Assembly: GCA_963737905.1 (NCBI GenBank)
Contig: CAVTUQ010000009.1
Location: forward strand, 96,001 to 160,000
Length of the DNA: 64,000 nt
Reading direction: 5' to 3'
Source: an uncultured delta proteobacterium
GTDB taxonomy: Bacteria; Desulfobacterota; Binatia; UBA9968
This document shows, piece by piece, positions 58,432 to 64,000 of the stretch. Position 1 is the stretch's first letter. Each line of letters starts with the position of its first letter. A program made the position numbers and the translations under genes. The notes under the pieces are model-generated. The model ran no database searches. It saw only the letters and a program-made list of their open reading frames with translations, and was not told the origin of the DNA.

Positions 58432-59931
58432 CTACACCGCGTCTTCAGGCCGCTCGTATTTGGCCTTACCCATCCGTTCCTTGATAGTCGGATACGCGAC
58501 GGTGAAGATCGTAATAGCGATCAGAACGATGACGCTTGGAAACAAGAGCCACTTGGCGCCGTAGGCCGCCGTTGAGATCCAAAGATAGTTCTCGGCGATC
58601 TTGCCAAGGGTGAGCCCAAGCACGACCGGTGGCCGCGGCCACCCCCACTTAACCATGAAGTAGCCGATGACGCCGAAGATCAAGGTCACCATGAGGTCGG
58701 CAAGATCGTTGTTGGCGGTAAAAGACCCGATAAACACCAGGAACATAAGAAAAGGGATCAGCAGCGAACCACGAATAAACGTAAGCGCGGCCAGATGATT
58801 CAAAATCAAAAAGCAGAGCGCGCAAACGATGACGTTGGAAAGGATCAAAACCCATACCATCGAGAAGGTCACATCGAGGCGCGATTTAAGCATCTCTGGC
58901 CCCGGGTTAAGCCCGACGATCAGCATGGCTCCCAGTAGTAATGCCATGCTGCCGCTGCCGGGGATACCGAAAGCGATAGTGGGGATAAGGTCTCCTCCAC
59001 GCGTGGAATTGTTAGCCGCGCCCGGACCGAGAACACCTTCCACTGCACCCTTACCGGCGCGCGACTTATCCTTGAGGCCTTGAACGGCATGAGCGTAGGA
59101 GATCCATTGCGCGACATTGGCGCCCAAAACCGGAAGCACGCCAAAATAAACGCCGATCAAGCTGCAGCGCGTGACCAGCCAGAAATGTCGAAATGTGTCT
59201 TTGACGCCTTCCATGACGCCCGTGAGTTTTTCTTGTTTGTCGCTGGCTATGCTGGTGCCGCGAACCGCCAGATCGACGATTTCAGGGATCGCGAACATGC
59301 CCACGACCACGGGAATCAAGTCCAAGCGGTCCCACAAATAAAGAGATCCGAAGGTGTAGCGCAGGGAGCCGGTCTGGGGATCGACACCAATGGATGCCAG
59401 CATCAGACCGATGCCGCCTGCTATCAATCCCTTAATGAGCGAAGGGCCTGCCAAAGTGCCGATAAATGTGATGCCCATGATCGCAATGATGAACAGTTCA
59501 GGAGAACCGAAGAGTAAGACCAGCGGGCGCATGATCGGAATGGATATGGCGAGAGAAAGGGCACCGATCACCGAGCCCATCAGGGAGGCCATGATCGCCG
59601 CACCCAAGGCGCGACCGGCTTCGCCTTTTTTGGACATTGGATAGCCGTCGAGGATAAGCGCTGCGGACGACCCTTCTCCGGGGATGCCGAACAGGATCGA
59701 AGTCAGGTCCCCCGTAGTTCCGGTGACAGCGAGCATGCCTAACAGGAATGCAAACGCTGAAATGGGTTCTTTGATGGAATAGGAGAACGGCAGCATTAAC
59801 GCCAGGGTCGACAAGCCACCGATGCCAGGAAGGAGGCCCACCCAAAATCCGATGGCTATGCCAAGCAGCATGTAACCGAACGCGGGCCACGCTACGGTTT
59901 GCCAAAATCCGCTGACAAAAGCTTCAAACAT
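58432..59931 (-). CDS. tctA: Tripartite tricarboxylate transporter large permease
   Basis: G.LPGIG, SILFGIPG, DGYPM.KKG.AGRAL, ANN, IPTIAFGIPGS, PGP, RPPVVLG. Confidence 0.9.
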   Translation of the reverse strand: MFEAFVSGFWQTVAWPAFGYMLLGIAIGFWVGLLPGIGGLSTLALMLPFSYSIKEPISAFAFLLGMLAVTGTTGDLTSILFGIPGEGSSAALILDGYPMSKKGEAGRALGAAIMASLMGSVIGALSLAISIPIMRPLVLLFGSPELFIIAIMGITFIGTLAGPSLIKGLIAGGIGLMLASIGVDPQTGSLRYTFGSLYLWDRLDLIPVVVGMFAIPEIVDLAVRGTSIASDKQEKLTGVMEGVKDTFRHFWLVTRCSLIGVYFGVLPVLGANVAQWISYAHAVQGLKDKSRAGKGAVEGVLGPGAANNSTRGGDLIPTIAFGIPGSGSMALLLGAMLIVGLNPGPEMLKSRLDVTFSMVWVLILSNVIVCALCFLILNHLAALTFIRGSLLIPFLMFLVFIGSFTANNDLADLMVTLIFGVIGYFMVKWGWPRPPVVLGLTLGKIAENYLWISTAAYGAKWLLFPSVIVLIAITIFTVAYPTIKERMGKAKYERPEDAV

Positions 59932-60037
59932 ATCGGCCTCCTATGGCTTTTGGAAGCTACGGAGCAAGGTCTTTATACCAATTTTGGAAAACAATCAACG
60001 TTTTTTCTTCAGAAAACCGAGTACGCTCGATCAAGTT

Positions 60038-61124
60038 CTATTTCCCCATCACCCATTTCATCCGTTCGATGACTTCGGGAGGTTGAGCAATAACCTCTTT
60101 CGCTAGTGATTCAAGCGCTTCTCCGGTCAGCGGATCCACGTCCCACCCGCGTTTTTCGGCCTCGGCCAGCAATTCGGGATCTTTCATTGCTTTGGCGTAA
60201 GCTTCACGCAGAATTTTCGTTCGGTCTGCGGGAATTGCCGGGGGGAGCGGAGATCGGGCGGCCCAGGGTGGCGGCGGTCAAAACGACTTTCGCCAACCGC
60301 TTACCCGAGTCCGATGTCTTGTACTGTTGCATGAGCTCCCTAAGCGTCGGTACATCTTTCAACCGCGGGTCGCGTTTAGTTCCCGTCTGGACGACCACGC
60401 GCGTAAACCCTGATTGGTGCCATCGTTTGTAGGGCTCTCGGCCGAAATAGGTCGCGATGAGTGGAGACCAGCAAACCACTTCGTTTCTTTCCACCGCGAG
60501 ATCGATCTCCGAGCCACCCTGATAGCCGCTGACGATAGTGGTCTTAATGCCCAGCGTTTCTTCGAGCAGCCGCGGAATGTAGTGACCGGTGGTTCCTGTC
60601 CCTGTGCTCCCGCAGCGGGGTGGCTCTTTGGTGTTTCGGAGATCGTCGATCGTCTTGAATGGCGCGTCGGACCGGATGTAATGCAGTATGTCATTCTGTT
60701 CCGGTGACCCGATCCAGGTAAACTTCGCCCAGTCAAATTTCACTTCAGGGCGGCTCACAAGCTGGTCGAAATAAAGCGCGGGGTTGAAAGCGCCCAAGGT
60801 TAACCCGTCTGGCTTGGCAATGCTATAGACATAGTTTGCGGCCACGGTCCCGCCGGCTCCCGGCATATTTTGAGGGACAACCTCGGGATTGCCAGGAATA
60901 TACTTACCGATAAAACGTGCCGCATGACGCGCCCAAAGATCGTAGCCGCCTCCGGCAGTGGATCCGATTACGAGCCTGATGGTTTTTCCCTGATAGTAGG
61001 GAGTCTGAGCAAAAAGACTGGCGCTCCACCCCACCAGCAGAGCAAAAAAGAGGAACGAAGCACCTTGCTTCAGTCCGCGGGTGAACCGCTTAGGTCCTAA
61101 TGGGCTCCGATGAGTAGTTCTCAT
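60038..61124 (-). CDS. Bug/TctC family binding protein, +1 frameshift near 60234
   Basis: GGGYDLWAR, NMPGAGG, KPDGLT; C-terminus IPADRTKILREA...ERMKWVMGK* in the shifted frame. Confidence 0.85.
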
Positions 61125-61188
61125 CTCAAATTCCTTACCATTCAGCTAGATATTAGTCGAATCAAACTCCGCCAAAAAAAGGATTCAG

Positions 61189-62220
61189 CTACATGCCGAC
61201 AAGTTTTTTTACCTTCTCCACGACGTCAGGCGGGGCCGTCATGACTTCTTTAGCCAGAGATTCCAGCTCCTCGCCGGTGGCCGGATCGATGTCCAGCCTC
61301 CGCCTCTCCGCTTCAGCCAAAAGCGCGGGGTCGTTGATGGTTTTGTTGAACGCGTCGCGAATGATCTTAACTCGGTCGGCAGGAACGCCCGGCGGTAAAA
61401 CGATGGGCCGGCCGAACTCGTCGGCCGCTACGACCACCTTTGCCAGACGGCGGACGCTTTCTGCCGTCTTGTACTTGTCCATCAATTCACTAAACAAAGG
61501 AACGTCCTTCAGCCTTGGATCCCGTTTGTTTCCCGTCTGATACAGGACACGAACGAAGTTTTTTTTGCGCCAGGTGATAAACGGTTCCCGGCTAAAGAAC
61601 GCGTTGATGGTAAAAGCACGGCACATAACTTCGCCGCGCTCCACAGCGAGATCGATGTCCGAGCCGGCGACATAACCCGAAACCACGTCGAACTTGGTCC
61701 CGATAGCGTCTTCCAGCAGTTTTGGCATATAGAACGCGGTTGAAGTGACTCCCGTGGCGCCACATTTGGGCGGAGTCGTTGCGGTGCGGACATCTTCAAT
61801 CGTTTTGTAGGGCGTATCGGCGCGCATGTACATGAGGCTGTTCGAGCTCACCGTACTGCCAATCCAATTGAATTTCGTCCAGTCGAACTTAACCTCGGGC
61901 CGTTTGGCAAGTTGTTCGAAGTAAAGCGCGGGATAAATCGCGCCCAAGGTCAGCCCGTCCGGTTTGGCGAGATTGTAAACCTGATTTGTGCCGATCAACC
62001 CCGCCGCTCCCGGAACGTTCTGAATAATGATGTTGGGGTTTCCCGGAATGTGCTTCGACATGAATTCCGCGACGAGGCGTGGATAGAGGTCATACACGTC
62101 GCCCGCCTTGGCAGCCGCAATTATCGTAACTGTCTTGCCTTGATAAAACGGCGTCTGCGCCGAGACACTTGAGACCCACATAACGAACAACAGCAGAAAC
62201 AAGATTAATCCTCTATTCAT
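61189..62220 (-). CDS. Bug/TctC family binding protein
   Basis: Signal peptide, FYQGKTV, IPGNP...NVPGAAG, KPDGLT, LAVERGEV, PPGVPADRV. Confidence 0.9.
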   Translation of the reverse strand: MNRGLILFLLLFVMWVSSVSAQTPFYQGKTVTIIAAAKAGDVYDLYPRLVAEFMSKHIPGNPNIIIQNVPGAAGLIGTNQVYNLAKPDGLTLGAIYPALYFEQLAKRPEVKFDWTKFNWIGSTVSSNSLMYMRADTPYKTIEDVRTATTPPKCGATGVTSTAFYMPKLLEDAIGTKFDVVSGYVAGSDIDLAVERGEVMCRAFTINAFFSREPFITWRKKNFVRVLYQTGNKRDPRLKDVPLFSELMDKYKTAESVRRLAKVVVAADEFGRPIVLPPGVPADRVKIIRDAFNKTINDPALLAEAERRRLDIDPATGEELESLAKEVMTAPPDVVEKVKKLVGM

Positions 62221-62264
62221 GAGATTCCCCCTTTGAAGATTCATTCCTTGCCGAATTTAGTTTT

Positions 62265-62999
62265 CTATGTCCCCAACAATTTTTTCATTCGCTCAACGAC
62301 TTCCGGCGGTTGTGCGACGATCTCTTTACCGAGAGTCTCCAGTTCTTCGCCGGAGACGGGATCCAAGTCTAGTTTTTTCCTCTTAGCGTCTTCCAAGAGC
62401 TCCGGATCGTTCACTGCTTTTATGAACGCCTCACGGAGAATTTTCACGCGTTCCGCGGGAATGCCCGGAGTCGCGACGATGGGGCGGCCGAGATCGCCCG
62501 ACGCCAAGATCACTTTCGCTAGGCTTCGTCCGGCCTCGCTGGTTTTGTAACGATCCATCAACTCATAAATCGTCGGCGCATCCTTGAGCCGCGGGTCGCG
62601 GAGTGTTACCCGTTTGGATCAGCACATTGGTGAAGTTCCGTTTGCGCCACGAGATAAACGGCTCGCGGGCGTAGTAGGCGGTAATCGTGAAGGCCCGGCA
62701 CTGGAGTTCGCCGCGTTCGACCGCCAGATCGATATCCTGTCCCGACACGTAGCCTGACACAATGTCAAACTTGGAGCTCAGTACTTCCTCCAAAAGCTTG
62801 GGTATGTAGTACCCTGCAGAGGCAATGCCGGTGGAGCCGCACTTCGGGGCGGTGGACGCCTTGCGGATGTCATCGATCGACTTGTAAGGCGTGTCGGCGC
62901 GCATGTAGAGGAGCTGGTTCGATTTTACCGGACTGCCAAGCCAGTTCCATTTAGCCCAGTCGTATTTCACCTCCGGTCTCTTGATCAGCTGATCGAAAC
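62265..62999 (-). pseudogene. Bug/TctC paralog lacking its N-terminus, frameshift near 62600
   Basis: Homology starts abruptly at FDQLIKRPEVK; no signal peptide or start codon; two frames. Confidence 0.75.
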
Positions 63000-63029
63000 A
63001 CCTTCCCGCCAAAATTTTGAGCGAGCATA

Positions 63030-63064
63030 TCCCTCGAGGCCGGTGCTTGCAACCTCGAGGGGAC
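63030..63064. terminator. Hairpin downstream of the 63071 gene
   Basis: TCCCTCGAGG-CCGGTGCTTGCAA-CCTCGAGGGGA; no clear U-tract. Confidence 0.35.
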
Positions 63065-63070
63065 ACCCGT

Positions 63071-64000
63071 TTAGTTGCTGAGTATCTTCTTCACCCGCGC
63101 GATAACGTCAGGTGGCTGATCCAGTATCCGGTTCGCGAGCTTCTCGAGATTTTCGCCGCTCGTCGGATCGACATCCATCCTCGCTTGTTTAGCTTCAGCC
63201 AAAAGCTCGGGGTCCTTCAAAGCCTGCTCAAAAGCACTCCGCAATTGCTTGGTGTGTTCCGGGGCCGTGCCGGGACCAGCGAAAATCGGCCGGCCGAAGG
63301 ATTCGGCGGCCAAAATAACGTCAGCAACGCGCCGACTGCTCTCAGGAACCTTTTCTTTGTCGAAAATTTCGCGCAAGGTGGGCACGTCCGGGATTCTTTC
63401 GTCGCGTTTATCGCCGGTAAAAAGCAGGATGCGAACAAACTTCTTTTTGTCCCAAGAGATGAACGGCTCGCGGCCAAAGTAGGGAGAGGCGGTCATACCG
63501 CGGCAGATGACTTCCCCTTTTTCTACGGCAAGATCGATCTCAGAGCCGCCGGGATAACCTAAAACGGTCGTGATCTTCAGCGGCGGTAGAGTCTCTTCGA
63601 GCAATCGAGCCAAGATAAAGTCTGTGCTGACCGTGCCGGTGGAGCCGCATTTGGGCGGTTCTTTGGCGCTTTTGACGTCATAGATCGTCTTGTACGGAGC
63701 ATCGGTCCGGATATATAAGATCATCGGTTCTCTGACCGGAGAACCGATCCAGGCTGAACTTGCGAATGTCGAATTTAACTTCCGCCCGGCCCACCAGTTG
63801 ATCGAGATAGATGCCGTTGCTTGGATAGCCAATTGTCAGCCCGTCCGGCTTGGCCACGCTGTAGACATAATTGGTGGCGACCACCGATCCAGCGCCGGGC
63901 ATGTTTTGAACGATCATCTCGGGATTTCCCGGTATGTATTTCGGCATGAAACGCGCTAACAAGCGCGCCCACCGATCGTAGAAACCCCCAGCGGTAAAGC
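63071..64000 (-). CDS. Bug/TctC family binding protein, partial (runs off window), +1 frameshift near 63755
   Basis: GGFYDRWAR, NMPGAGS, KPDGLT / WIGSP, PKCGSTG, LAVEKGEV. Confidence 0.85.

Noticed and set aside
17350-63800. Programmed +1 frameshifting as a shared mechanism
   Set aside because: No common slippery site or stimulator across unrelated genes; assembly error is simpler
1-64000. tRNA, rRNA, known riboswitches, prophage or defence systems
   Set aside because: No recognisable signatures by eye; a covariance-model scan would be needed to exclude small RNAs

Overview
A GC-rich bacterial chromosomal segment devoted mainly to scavenging and catabolism of small organics. It holds 7 amidohydrolase_2 paralogs, 5 stand-alone SsuA/NMT1-type binding proteins, a tandem array of 4 Bug/TctC receptors with a TctA permease, 2 LLM flavin oxidoreductases, 3 VOC proteins, 3 EamA exporters, Gfa, a GST, an FAD monooxygenase and a ThDP enzyme. 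This paralog profile resembles Candidatus Binatota/Deltaproteobacteria MAGs (inference only). Housekeeping-type genes are cspA, a DTW protein, RlmD, a Pal-like lipoprotein, an IDH-family enzyme and a cyanobacterial-type glgC. I saw no rRNA, tRNA or CRISPR array. The most striking non-genic signal is a set of about 15 intergenic hairpin elements from several families (7-mer and 9-mer tandem-repeat arms, REP-like, MITE-like), some nested inside one another within an operon. Other points of interest: three sigma54 promoters in front of orphan small secreted/membrane proteins (one missed by the ORF track), an ATP-grasp plus CocE/NonD pair, a stand-alone double subtilisin-propeptide-like protein, a 184-nt rod-shaped RNA/REPIN candidate, a probable CTG start codon and several decayed gene remnants. 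Six genes are split by net +1 frameshifts, probably assembly errors. All family calls come from motif recognition by eye, not database searches.
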